Shown here one piece after another: positions 16,908 to 26,157 of a DNA stretch of 64,000 nucleotides (positions are counted from its first letter, which is position 1; the number at the start of each line of letters is the position of its first letter). The notes beneath the pieces are model-generated. The model did no database searches and was not told where the DNA came from. It worked only from the letters and a program-made list of their open reading frames with translations. Source of the stretch: Patescibacteria group bacterium (GTDB lineage: Bacteria > Patescibacteriota > Minisyncoccia > Minisyncoccales > PEYH01); assembly GCA_018900835.1 (NCBI GenBank), contig JAHIFQ010000004.1, forward strand, positions 1-64,000. Reading direction: 5' to 3'. The position numbers and the translations under genes are program-made.

Positions 16908-19256
16908 ATGAAGTTAAAAAATTTCCTCATTATATCAAAACGAAAAATACTACTTTGGCTGGTTTTTGCTTTTACAATGATTTTTATCCCATTGCATCCC
17001 ATAAGAGCGCAGTGGGGTATTGAAATCCTTACCGCCCCATTTGTTCTGCTGGCAAAACTCGTGACGTTGTGTATTGTTGGGGTTCCGGTATCTTTTTGGT
17101 GCCTCGATATAGCTCAAATATTTCTGACTTGGGCTGCCAATCCTGCTCTAGTTGGCGGAGTTACCAATAATCCTTTTGTCCTGGCGGGCTGGGCAACGAT
17201 TAGGGATTTCAGCAATCTCTTTTTTATCCTGATTATCGTGGCAATCGGAATAGCGACTGCTTTGAGAGTAAAACAATATGAGGTAAGGAAAACCCTTCCT
17301 CGCCTGATTATTGTCGCTGTATTGATAAACTTTTCTCCTGTAATCTGCGGGGTCTTCATAGACGCTGCTAATATCATTGCTAATTTCTTTTTCACTGCAG
17401 GAGCCGGGGGATTCAGCGACGTCATTACTATTGCGCAAAGTTCAAAAGGTTGGTTGGTAAGAGAACTCTCCAGTATCTCCGGCGTCTGGGCGCAGATAAG
17501 AACAGGCGAACTTTTCTTCAAGGCAATAGCTGTGTTAGTTTTCAATTTATTCGGAACTTTTGTCTTATTCCTAATGGGCATACTTTTCATAGTCAGAAAT
17601 CTTGCTTTGTGGATTTTAGTAATCTTATCTCCTCTAGCATTCCTTTCTTCCATATTCCCCAAAAATCCTGTTACTAAAAAAGCCACTCCTTTTGGTATGT
17701 GGCGAGACCAATTCGTAAAATGGACTTTTGTTGGGGTTACTGGCTCATTCTTCTTATATCTAGCCCAATTGATGATGAGAATGGGAACAAAAACGCTTCT
17801 TAATAACAATCTGCCCGCAACACATGCGTCCGATGCTGGCGGGAATATAATAACCGGCTTAATGGTAATGGCTGTGCCTTTGGTTTTCCTTGGCATAGGA
17901 TATTTTGTTACTGTTTCCAGTTCAGCAATGGGAGCAGGCGCCATCACTAATTTTGGCAAAAAAGGCCTTGCCTGGGGCAAGAGCAAAGCTGGAGGTATGG
18001 CAATAAACAGATTGAGAAAAGATATTGTAGACCCTTATAAGAGAGCAGGACAAAAGGTGGGAGAAAGAATAGCAAACAAGGCGCCAGGGGAAAGAGCAGA
18101 ACGCTACAAGCAATCTCATGGCATTGCTAAGGTTGGTAAAACAATAGCAAGAGGAGCAATTCCTTATTCAATTAGAGAATGGGGTGCTGCAAAATTAAAA
18201 CCTGGTCTAGCTGAAAGAGGTGTTTCTAATGTCGAAAAAGCAAAAGATGAAGCTGGAAAACTAAAAACAAAAGAAGGACGTCGAGCTCAATACAATAAAG
18301 CAAAAAGGGAAAAGAATAGAGAAAAGCAACTTGGAGTTGTCGTGCAAGCAATAGAAAAAGGAGAATTGGATGGATATTCAGATGGAGAAATTCAATCTGC
18401 AATAAAAGACGCTGGACAAATTAATAAAAAATTAGCAGAAGATATAATACAAGCAACTCCTAATTTAGCGCAAGAGATTTATGATGATTATCATGCTGAT
18501 AATCCGAATATAATGACTGAATATAACAACTTAAACACACAATTAACAACTGCTAACGCTGCTGGGAATCAACCATTAGCCGAAAAATTAGAAAGACAAA
18601 TGGATAGAGTTAAACAACCAGCAGATAGTCGAGGGTTATGGATGTCGCCAGAAGACATACAGCACTATGGAACTTTTGAGGCGAAAACAGTACTCACAAC
18701 AAAAGCAAAAGATATTGGAAAGCTAAGAAAAAATTATGTAAAGACAAATAGATTTATGGAAATCGCCCAAGATGCCAGCCACCAAGGCAAAAATGCATTG
18801 AGTGGAAACCATCTATCAAAAATAGCAGAAGAGTACGGAACATCTGCGGTTGATTTGTATAACGATACTTCTGACAGGATAAATCCAACTGGTAGATGGA
18901 TGGCTGATATCGCGCCTGACCGTCCTCATCCTATAAAAAGATATTTAGACACTAATCCTGGGGCTATTGCAGCAGGATATAGAATGCCAACTACAGGAGG
19001 AGGTACAGGAGGAGGAGGAGGAGGTGGTGGGACAATTTTAACACCTTCCCCAACTACTCATGTGAAAACAACTAGTCAACCAAAGATGGACGAAAGACAG
19101 AGAGCAGAAATGGAAGAAGAGCGCAGGAGAAAGAGCAGGGAGACTGGTGATAAAGGCGACCGTGGCGGTGGCGGAGAAGAATCTGATCCAAATCGTCCAG
19201 GAGGTAGACCAGGATATGGAGGAGGAAGTGGTCGTCCCGGAGGTAGACCAGGGTAG
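16908..19256 (+). CDS. VirB6/TrbL-like polytopic membrane protein with long Gly/Pro/Arg-rich C-terminal tail
   Basis: About 6 TM helices in the first 330 aa, then a hydrophilic region ending in poly-Gly and GRPG repeats. The topology and tail resemble TrbL/VirB6. The GC content is higher than in flanking genes. Confidence 0.4.
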   Translation: MKLKNFLIISKRKILLWLVFAFTMIFIPLHPIRAQWGIEILTAPFVLLAKLVTLCIVGVPVSFWCLDIAQIFLTWAANPALVGGVTNNPFVLAGWATIRDFSNLFFILIIVAIGIATALRVKQYEVRKTLPRLIIVAVLINFSPVICGVFIDAANIIANFFFTAGAGGFSDVITIAQSSKGWLVRELSSISGVWAQIRTGELFFKAIAVLVFNLFGTFVLFLMGILFIVRNLALWILVILSPLAFLSSIFPKNPVTKKATPFGMWRDQFVKWTFVGVTGSFFLYLAQLMMRMGTKTLLNNNLPATHASDAGGNIITGLMVMAVPLVFLGIGYFVTVSSSAMGAGAITNFGKKGLAWGKSKAGGMAINRLRKDIVDPYKRAGQKVGERIANKAPGERAERYKQSHGIAKVGKTIARGAIPYSIREWGAAKLKPGLAERGVSNVEKAKDEAGKLKTKEGRRAQYNKAKREKNREKQLGVVVQAIEKGELDGYSDGEIQSAIKDAGQINKKLAEDIIQATPNLAQEIYDDYHADNPNIMTEYNNLNTQLTTANAAGNQPLAEKLERQMDRVKQPADSRGLWMSPEDIQHYGTFEAKTVLTTKAKDIGKLRKNYVKTNRFMEIAQDASHQGKNALSGNHLSKIAEEYGTSAVDLYNDTSDRINPTGRWMADIAPDRPHPIKRYLDTNPGAIAAGYRMPTTGGGTGGGGGGGGTILTPSPTTHVKTTSQPKMDERQRAEMEEERRRKSRETGDKGDRGGGGEESDPNRPGGRPGYGGGSGRPGGRPG

Positions 19257-19334
19257 TAGGTGAAGCGCATTGTAAAAATAAGAGAGGTCAGGGCTTGCCC
19301 TGACCTCTTGTGTCTCTAGTGGATTTCTCCGCTA

Positions 19335-20486
19335 TCAACGCTGTTCCAACAACTCTAGTATCTTCTGAATATCAGCCTTGAGTTGGCTGATCTCTTCGGG
19401 GGTTGTTTTATCTTGTGTTTTTCCAAACACGCCTTTCAGAATCTCCGAAAGACCTGGGACTGATTGAATCGTCAAGCTCGCTGCCAAAGGCGATTTTTCG
19501 ACCGCTTCAAGCGTTCTAACGAGCTTTCCAAGGTCTCCGAAGCGTTGAATCACTTCATAAACCTTTTCAAGGCGAGCAACTTCTCCATCCGCCTCAATTG
19601 ACGCCTTTTCTCGCGTCGCTTCAGCAGTTACGATAGTTGCTTCTTTGTCCATCTCAGCATTGAACTTCTTGAGCGTAGCAGCCCGATAATCAGCAGGTGG
19701 GTCAATGCTTATAACCCCCAAGCTGATAACCTTAATTCCATACTCATTTTCTATCTCTGGAATCGGACCGCCAAGAATAGAGAGCTCGTTGAAAATGTCC
19801 TTTCCGATGTCACTCGCCTTCTTGATGTGCTCGTCGTAGGTTTTTCCTGTGACCTTGTCGCGGACAGCGGCTCGCAAGGGCTGAATAGTCAACTCCAACC
19901 AATTCTGTGCCACGAATAAGGCCTTGTATGGGTTCACCACTCGGAGCTTGAGGATGAAGTGGAGCGATAGCGGAAGCTTATTCATGTCTTCCGCGCCTTC
20001 CACGCTGAAATGGTACTGGTCATCCTTAAGGATGATGTAATCCATCCACTCGCGGGGGTGATGTTGGATAGTCCCATCTGCCTTCACCCCTGTCCACTCA
20101 AAGGTGTATATGAACAGGTCTAAAATGGGCCAAAATCCATACCAGCGCAAACCGCCCAAGAAACGCTTTTTTTCTTGGTCCGGGCCAATACTGATAACAT
20201 TGTAGTCCGCATCAAGGCCATGTCCTTTCCACTGAATTAGCGCTTTCGCAACCTGATCGCCTTTGACAATGAACTTCACCGTGCCTTCGGGCATAAATGT
20301 GAAGAACTTGTTGCGCTGGGCGAGCACGAAGTAGACCAAAGCGAGTATCCCAGCGAGAATCGCTGCAACAACAAGAATAAACACCAAGGTCGGGACAGGT
20401 CTCACAAGAAACGAAATGAAAAGAGCCACTCCAACCACTGCCAACGCTATCCACAATACTGTTCTTTTACTTATCATATCTCTCAT
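19335..20486 (-). CDS. SPFH/band-7 (stomatin/HflC-like) membrane protein
   Basis: An N-terminal TM pair, then a band-7 core and a C-terminal coiled-coil (ATIVTAEATREKASIEADGEVARLEKVYEV). Its GC content is noticeably higher than the window average. Confidence 0.7.
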   Translation of the reverse strand: MRDMISKRTVLWIALAVVGVALFISFLVRPVPTLVFILVVAAILAGILALVYFVLAQRNKFFTFMPEGTVKFIVKGDQVAKALIQWKGHGLDADYNVISIGPDQEKKRFLGGLRWYGFWPILDLFIYTFEWTGVKADGTIQHHPREWMDYIILKDDQYHFSVEGAEDMNKLPLSLHFILKLRVVNPYKALFVAQNWLELTIQPLRAAVRDKVTGKTYDEHIKKASDIGKDIFNELSILGGPIPEIENEYGIKVISLGVISIDPPADYRAATLKKFNAEMDKEATIVTAEATREKASIEADGEVARLEKVYEVIQRFGDLGKLVRTLEAVEKSPLAASLTIQSVPGLSEILKGVFGKTQDKTTPEEISQLKADIQKILELLEQR

Positions 20487-20723
20487 CTCCTTGTATCTCT
20501 TTTTTTATTCTTTTGTGAAGGTACGACTCTACTATATGTAGAAACGGAGGATTCCAATGAATCTCCTTTGTTTCTTATGTCCATATTATACCAATAAATA
20601 CTTGCTCTGTCAACTTTTTTACAGGTTCCGATTCGTGTTCTTTGCTACCTGTTAATTTCTTTCTCTTAATTGCTGTGTTAAAATGGATTAAGATAAATTA
20701 GTATGATAAAATTATAGAACTAA

Positions 20724-21140
20724 ATGTTTATGGAAGAATTATCCCGAGACCAACTTTGGGCAATTTATAATACCCTGTCTGACACTCTAAAAGATGCGAT
20801 ATTTTCAGAAGATACTGCTGATGCTATTTTTAATATCTGTAAACTCTATGAAATAGATAAAAACTCGGAAGTGGCAAAAATAGTGGGCAGAATCCTGATG
20901 GGTCTTTTGCCTCCGGAATTCTTGAAAGACACGCTTCAAGAGGAAACAGGAATAAACGAAGACATTGCGAAGAAAACAACAATGGAGATAGAGCATTTTA
21001 TTTTAAATCCAGTGAAAAAAGAATTAGATGCTCTGTATCAAGAGGTTCAAGAAAAAAAAGAAAAGCCAGCAGGCGATATAAAAGAACAACCCTTGGAGGA
21101 ATTGGAGAAAGAAGATGATTATAGAGAACCAATACAATAA
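20724..21140 (+). CDS. Acidic hypothetical protein
   Basis: 138 aa, with no motifs recognised. Confidence 0.3.
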   Translation: MFMEELSRDQLWAIYNTLSDTLKDAIFSEDTADAIFNICKLYEIDKNSEVAKIVGRILMGLLPPEFLKDTLQEETGINEDIAKKTTMEIEHFILNPVKKELDALYQEVQEKKEKPAGDIKEQPLEELEKEDDYREPIQ

Positions 21141-21169
21141 TTTTTAGTTTTTAATTTTACATTTTACAT

Positions 21170-21595
21170 TTGCGAAGCATGGAGTATCCCTTACCACAAT
21201 TTTTATCAATAAAACCAAAGGTTGCCGGGCCGTTTAATCTGGCGCAATTACTTTGGATTGTTGGCGGAGCATTAGTATCAATAATTTTCTATTTCACTGC
21301 TCCTCTTATGACTTTTGTTTTAATCGGCATTCCGATTATGATTGTTGCTTTTATTTTGGCTTTTGGCAAAAGAAAGGGCTTCCCAATTCCAACAATAATA
21401 GTCCGTTCTTTTTCGTTCATTTTTGCCAGCAAAAGATATCTTTGGAAAAAAATTGACACTCCAGCGATTATGCTTCCAAAAGCAACCAAGGCAAAACCCG
21501 TAGAACCAAAAGACGACAAAGCAATTAGTTTAAAAATTTCCGGGCAGAGCCGTTTAAAAGAAATCGGACGATTAATTGAAATCCATTCCAAGTAA
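21170..21595 (+). CDS. Small 2-TM membrane protein (possible VirB3/PrgI-like)
   Basis: Two hydrophobic helices immediately upstream of the VirB4 genes. The assignment rests on position only. Confidence 0.3.
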   Translation: MRSMEYPLPQFLSIKPKVAGPFNLAQLLWIVGGALVSIIFYFTAPLMTFVLIGIPIMIVAFILAFGKRKGFPIPTIIVRSFSFIFASKRYLWKKIDTPAIMLPKATKAKPVEPKDDKAISLKISGQSRLKEIGRLIEIHSK

Positions 21596-21607
21596 ATTTC
21601 CTATATT

Positions 21608-22246
21608 ATGAATCTATCATCACAACAATTCCTGCCATTGGAACAGATAAAAGAGGGCATTATGATATTGAAAGACCATAGCTTAAGGGGCGTAATGATG
21701 GCATCCTCTTTAAACTTTGCTCTTAAAGCAACCGAAGAACAAGAAGCAATTATCTATCAATTCCAAACATTTTTAAATGCTTTGGATTTTTCCTGCCAAA
21801 TTTTTATTGCTTCAAGAAAAGTGAACATCACCGGCTATCTGGAAAAACTGAAAGAAGTTGAAGAAAAACATGAAAATGAATTAATGGCAACACAGACAAG
21901 GGAATACCGAAAATTTATTGAAAAAATAGTGGCAGGTGGCGCTATTATGAATAAAAATTTCTATATAATCGTGCCATTTTATCTTTCAGAAATGTATGGA
22001 AGCGCTACCAAGGGCGGACTGATATCTTTAAAAGCAATCCCAACATTAACCGAAGAAATGTTCCAAAGAGCAAAGTCCCAACTTTACCAAAGAATGGAAT
22101 TCTTGTCTTTGGGATTGAGAAGGTGCGGGGTTTGGAGCGTTGCATTACAAAGCGAAGAGCTGATAGAGCTTTTCTGGAGCATGTCTCATCCAAAAGAATC
22201 GTCTATCGGTTATTATCCAGAAATCCCGCCCGAATTAATACAATAG
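21608..22246 (+). CDS. VirB4/TrbE-family ATPase, N-terminal domain (ends at in-frame TAG 12 nt before the main VirB4 ORF)
   Basis: LPLEQIKEGIMILKDHSLRGVMMASSLNFAL..EEQEAIIYQFQTFLNAL matches the VirB4/TrbE N-terminal signature (dG.ll.kdGsl...). It is in the same reading frame as 22259..25858. Confidence 0.5.
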   Translation: MNLSSQQFLPLEQIKEGIMILKDHSLRGVMMASSLNFALKATEEQEAIIYQFQTFLNALDFSCQIFIASRKVNITGYLEKLKEVEEKHENELMATQTREYRKFIEKIVAGGAIMNKNFYIIVPFYLSEMYGSATKGGLISLKAIPTLTEEMFQRAKSQLYQRMEFLSLGLRRCGVWSVALQSEELIELFWSMSHPKESSIGYYPEIPPELIQ

Positions 22247-22258
22247 CGAATAAATAAA

Positions 22259-25200
22259 ATGAAACTTTCCTTTTTAGATGGATTATTAGGAAAAAAGACA
22301 GAATATGAGGCTGGTGCAGAACCGCAAGCAATGAACTTGCTTGATTTTATAGCTCCTCCAGCGATTACAATCGGGTCTGACTATTTCCAGATAGGCGAAA
22401 AATTCGCTAAATCATACTTTATTTTCTCTTACCCGAGATATTTGAGCACTGGGTGGTTGGCGCCAATTATAAACTTGGACATTCCATTGGACATTTCTAT
22501 TTTCTTTCATCCGATTGATACTGGGCTTATTCTGAAAAAATTAAGTAAAAAGGTTACTGAAGTTCAGTCGGAAATAATGGAAAAGGAAGAAAAGGGTTTA
22601 ATAAGGGACCCTATCCTTGAGACCGCTTACAAAGACATTGAGGTATTAAGAGACCGGCTCCAAACAGCGCAGGAAAGAATGTTCAGGGTTGGAATGTATC
22701 TGACCATATATGCTGATGACAAAAAGGAGTTGGAAAAAATAGAGGGCACTGTTCGCTCAATCCTTGAATCAAAATTGGTTTATGTAAAACCAGCCCTCTA
22801 CCAACAGGATAAGGCAATGATTTCAGCGTATCCCGCTGGTATAGACCGACTTCAAGTGCATACATCTATCAATACTAGTCCTCTCTCAACAATTTTCCCA
22901 TTTGTGTCTTTTGATTTGAGTTCAAACGAAGGAATCCTTTACGGGATAAACCAGCACAACAGCTCACTAGTGTTGTTTGACAGGTTTAGCTTGGAAAATG
23001 CAAACTCAGTCGTTTTCGGTAAGAGTGGCGGAGGCAAAAGCATTTTATCATCTGAACCAGTTCTGATAAGCGAGAACGGACAAACCAAGATTGAGAACAT
23101 CGGCAAAGTTGTAGAAAGAGCAATAGAAAAACACGGGTGCCATAAAATTGACGAGGAATTAGAGGGAGCAATAAATCCATATATCAAAGTTTGGAGTTTT
23201 GATAAAAATCTTAAAGGCAGTTGGTCAACGGTGACTGTTGCTGCAAGAAAAAAAGCTCCTGAAATATTTTATAAATTCAGAACCCGAAGCGGAAGAGAGG
23301 TGAGCACAACAGGAGACCACAATATGTTAATCCTTAAAAATGGACAAATAACCGCAGAAAAAAGCTCTGAAATTAATGAAGGAGAATTTATCCCGTTGTC
23401 CAGAAGGATTTCTGAAAACTCCTCTCCAGATAAATTCATAAACTTGCTTGAATTACTAAAAAATTCCCACTTGGTTTATGTTTTCAACGCTGAAAAAATC
23501 ATCAAAAAATATTATCATCAGATAAAAAATCTTGATAGTGGTTCCTCTTTAAAAAAATATCTCTATAAATACAAAGATGGTAGAAGGATTCCTATTAAAT
23601 ACTTCCTTGAAATTATTGATTCTTTAAAAATTTCAGAAGCCGAGCTTAATGATTTAAAAATTGTTTCCAAAAATGGAGATATTGCCAATGGCTTAAATAT
23701 AATCTTGCCTATTTCAAATAATCTGTTAAAAATAATCGGATTTATAGCATCAGAAGGAACAGTTGGCGAAAACTTTATAAATATCAGTAACCAAGACGAA
23801 GAATTCATCAAAGAGTGTATGGACTCTTTCAAGAATATTGGGGTTCCGTGCTATCAAGCAGACAAAGCTATTATTTGCGCAAGCCGTATTTTCACAGAAA
23901 TCATCAAGGCATTAGGCGGAAAACAGAAGTCCGGAGATAAGACGGTTTTGCCATTTATATTTAATGCTGAAAAAGAAAAAATTGCGCAATTCCTTTCCGC
24001 TTATTTTGAGGGAGACGGCGGGGTAGAACATGATAAAATATGCGCCACAACCAAATCAAAACAGCTATCTTCTGAAATTTCTTATCTGCTTTACTATTTT
24101 GGAATCATTGCCAGAATCCAAAAGAAAATTAAATGCGCCACCAATACAGAAGAAAAAAGAAAACAAACATATTGGCAAATTTCTGTATCAGGGAAGAATG
24201 ATTTAGAAAAGTTTGCCCAAGAAATTGGATTCATTTCTCACAGGAAAATAAACAAACTAAATAGCATTATTAAAGAAAATGGGAATACAAATGTTGATAT
24301 AATCCCGGGCTTAGCTCCGTTGTTTGAAGAAATCTACAACACCTGTCCTCCGCTCCTTATGGGCATGCAAACGGTCTCTGCTCTAAAGCGCGGGATATAT
24401 AATCCTTCACCAGATAATTTAAAAAACATAATAGAAAAAATAGAAAAACGGATTACTTATTTTAAAGATAGAGGAGAACAAATAAAAGTCCTGTCAGGAT
24501 TGCCAGAAATTCAGGAATTAATTGAATACGGAGAAAACATAGACAAAGAAACAGAAGACAATCTTGATTATAATTATAGTCCACAAGTCATAATGACCGA
24601 GCAAGCAAAGCAAACCGACCGACTTATTTGGCAGGAATACCAAGAAATTTTAAGAAATGGTATTCCAAAAATTGAAAATATTATCAAACGCCTAAAAAAT
24701 CTAGCAAACTCTGATTTATTTTTTGACGAAATCGTAAATATTGAAAAAATAGCCAACAAAGATGAACAATATGTTTATGATTTAACAGTGGACAACGAAG
24801 TATTTCTCTGCGGAAACGGTGGAATGTTTGTTCACAATTCGTACGCAATTAAGTTGGAGATTTTAAGGTCTTTGATGCTTGGAATTGAATCAATTATTAT
24901 TGACCCTGAAAACGAATATAGATTCCTTTCTGACGCAGTGGGCGGGAAGTTCTATAATATTTCTTTGGCATCAGAAAGCCATATAAACCCTTTTGACCTG
25001 CCAGAACCAGTTGATGATGAAGAGCCAAAAGATGTTTTGCGCTCCAACATTATCAACTTGGTTGGGCTTATGAGAATAATGCTTGGCGGGCTCACGCCTG
25101 AAGAGGACTCTGTTATTGACCAAGCTATTAACGAAACATATGCTGCCCGCGACATCACCGCAGACACAGACCCTGGTCTATGGAAAGAAAGGGTGCCATT

Positions 25201-25858
25201 GATGTCTGATTTAGAATCAGTGCTGGAAACAATGGAAGGCGCTGAATCGCTGGTTAAACGATTAAGAAAATTCACCAAAGGCGTTTACGCGGGATTCTTT
25301 AATTATCCAACAAATGTAGTAATGGATAATGCTTTGGTTGTTTTTGGCATTAAAAATCTTGAAACAGAATTAAGGCCATTGGCAATGTTTATTGTTATGC
25401 GCTACATTTGGAACGCCATTAAAGGTGATTTAAAAAAGAGAATCTTGGTGATTGACGAAGCGTGGTGGCTGATGCAAACAGAAGACAGCGCTTCTTTCCT
25501 TTATGGAATTGTAAAAAGAGGAAGAAAATATTGGCTTGGCACAACCACAATCACACAGGATGTGAACGATTTTATGAAATCAGACTATGGCCAGCCCATA
25601 ATCACAAATTCATCTTTGCAACTCTTGATGAAACAATCTCCAGCCACTATTCAGGTTGTAAAAGAGACCTTCAATCTTACTGACCAAGAAAAATACCTGC
25701 TTTTGGAAGCGCCTATTGGCGAAGGAATATTTTTTGCCGGAGAAAAACATGTTTCTATCAGGATTGTTGCTTCCTACACAGAGGACCAAATCATAACAAC
25801 CTCGCCTGAAGAAATGTCTAAAATAAAAAAGCTTAAAAAGATAAAAGAAAATGCCTGA
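22259..25858 (+). CDS. VirB4/TrbE/TraC-family conjugative ATPase containing a ~597-aa intein in the P-loop
   Basis: The exteins carry Walker A GKSGGGKS (aa 254-261), Walker B RILVIDEAWW and a VirB4 C-terminal region. The intein starts right after the P-loop and ends FVHN|S. Confidence 0.8.
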   Translation: MKLSFLDGLLGKKTEYEAGAEPQAMNLLDFIAPPAITIGSDYFQIGEKFAKSYFIFSYPRYLSTGWLAPIINLDIPLDISIFFHPIDTGLILKKLSKKVTEVQSEIMEKEEKGLIRDPILETAYKDIEVLRDRLQTAQERMFRVGMYLTIYADDKKELEKIEGTVRSILESKLVYVKPALYQQDKAMISAYPAGIDRLQVHTSINTSPLSTIFPFVSFDLSSNEGILYGINQHNSSLVLFDRFSLENANSVVFGKSGGGKSILSSEPVLISENGQTKIENIGKVVERAIEKHGCHKIDEELEGAINPYIKVWSFDKNLKGSWSTVTVAARKKAPEIFYKFRTRSGREVSTTGDHNMLILKNGQITAEKSSEINEGEFIPLSRRISENSSPDKFINLLELLKNSHLVYVFNAEKIIKKYYHQIKNLDSGSSLKKYLYKYKDGRRIPIKYFLEIIDSLKISEAELNDLKIVSKNGDIANGLNIILPISNNLLKIIGFIASEGTVGENFINISNQDEEFIKECMDSFKNIGVPCYQADKAIICASRIFTEIIKALGGKQKSGDKTVLPFIFNAEKEKIAQFLSAYFEGDGGVEHDKICATTKSKQLSSEISYLLYYFGIIARIQKKIKCATNTEEKRKQTYWQISVSGKNDLEKFAQEIGFISHRKINKLNSIIKENGNTNVDIIPGLAPLFEEIYNTCPPLLMGMQTVSALKRGIYNPSPDNLKNIIEKIEKRITYFKDRGEQIKVLSGLPEIQELIEYGENIDKETEDNLDYNYSPQVIMTEQAKQTDRLIWQEYQEILRNGIPKIENIIKRLKNLANSDLFFDEIVNIEKIANKDEQYVYDLTVDNEVFLCGNGGMFVHNSYAIKLEILRSLMLGIESIIIDPENEYRFLSDAVGGKFYNISLASESHINPFDLPEPVDDEEPKDVLRSNIINLVGLMRIMLGGLTPEEDSVIDQAINETYAARDITADTDPGLWKERVPLMSDLESVLETMEGAESLVKRLRKFTKGVYAGFFNYPTNVVMDNALVVFGIKNLETELRPLAMFIVMRYIWNAIKGDLKKRILVIDEAWWLMQTEDSASFLYGIVKRGRKYWLGTTTITQDVNDFMKSDYGQPIITNSSLQLLMKQSPATIQVVKETFNLTDQEKYLLLEAPIGEGIFFAGEKHVSIRIVASYTEDQIITTSPEEMSKIKKLKKIKENA
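23048..24838 (+). mobile_element. Intein with LAGLIDADG (dodecapeptide) homing-endonuclease domain inside VirB4
   Basis: Block A lies after GKSGGGKSIL (S-SEPVLISENG). The LAGLIDADG blocks are KIIGFIASEGTVGE and IAQFLSAYFEGDGGVE. The C-terminal splice junction is VHN followed by the +1 Ser. The rejoined extein reads GKSGGGKSIL-SYAIKLEIL. Confidence 0.7.
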
Positions 25859-26153
25859 AACATTGTCAGCAAGAGGAATTATGAGATTGATAATCGCTAT
25901 CATTCTTGATATCTTTGGTTTCCTTTGTTCAGCCATTTCCCTTCTCGGGCTACCAGGAATGTTTATAGGCGGAGCGCTTTCGCTTATTCCAGACGGCTTA
26001 GGATTCATTTTTATAGGCGGAATGAACAGAAAAAAGGATAGGGAATTCTACCTTTCTTTCGTGGCTGAAATTATTCCTGGATTGGGAGCTCTTCCTTTTT
26101 GGACAGCATATGTTCTGCTTGGGAAAGGATATACTCCATCTGACCCTAAATAA
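25851..26153 (+). CDS. Small membrane protein (3 TM), hypothetical
   Basis: Overlaps the VirB4 stop by 8 nt. It is Gly-rich and hydrophobic. Confidence 0.3.
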   Translation: MPETLSARGIMRLIIAIILDIFGFLCSAISLLGLPGMFIGGALSLIPDGLGFIFIGGMNRKKDREFYLSFVAEIIPGLGALPFWTAYVLLGKGYTPSDPK

Positions 26154-26157
26154 AAAA

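Noticed and set aside
22244-22246. Genome-wide stop-codon reassignment (alternative genetic code) as the explanation for the in-frame TAG in VirB4
   Set aside because: TGA clearly terminates conserved genes (for example rpsO at 3434-3436), and most conserved genes here end in TAA, TGA or TAG at the expected positions, so standard code 11 fits. A locus-specific nonsense mutation or split gene is more parsimonious, although TAG suppression was not formally excluded.
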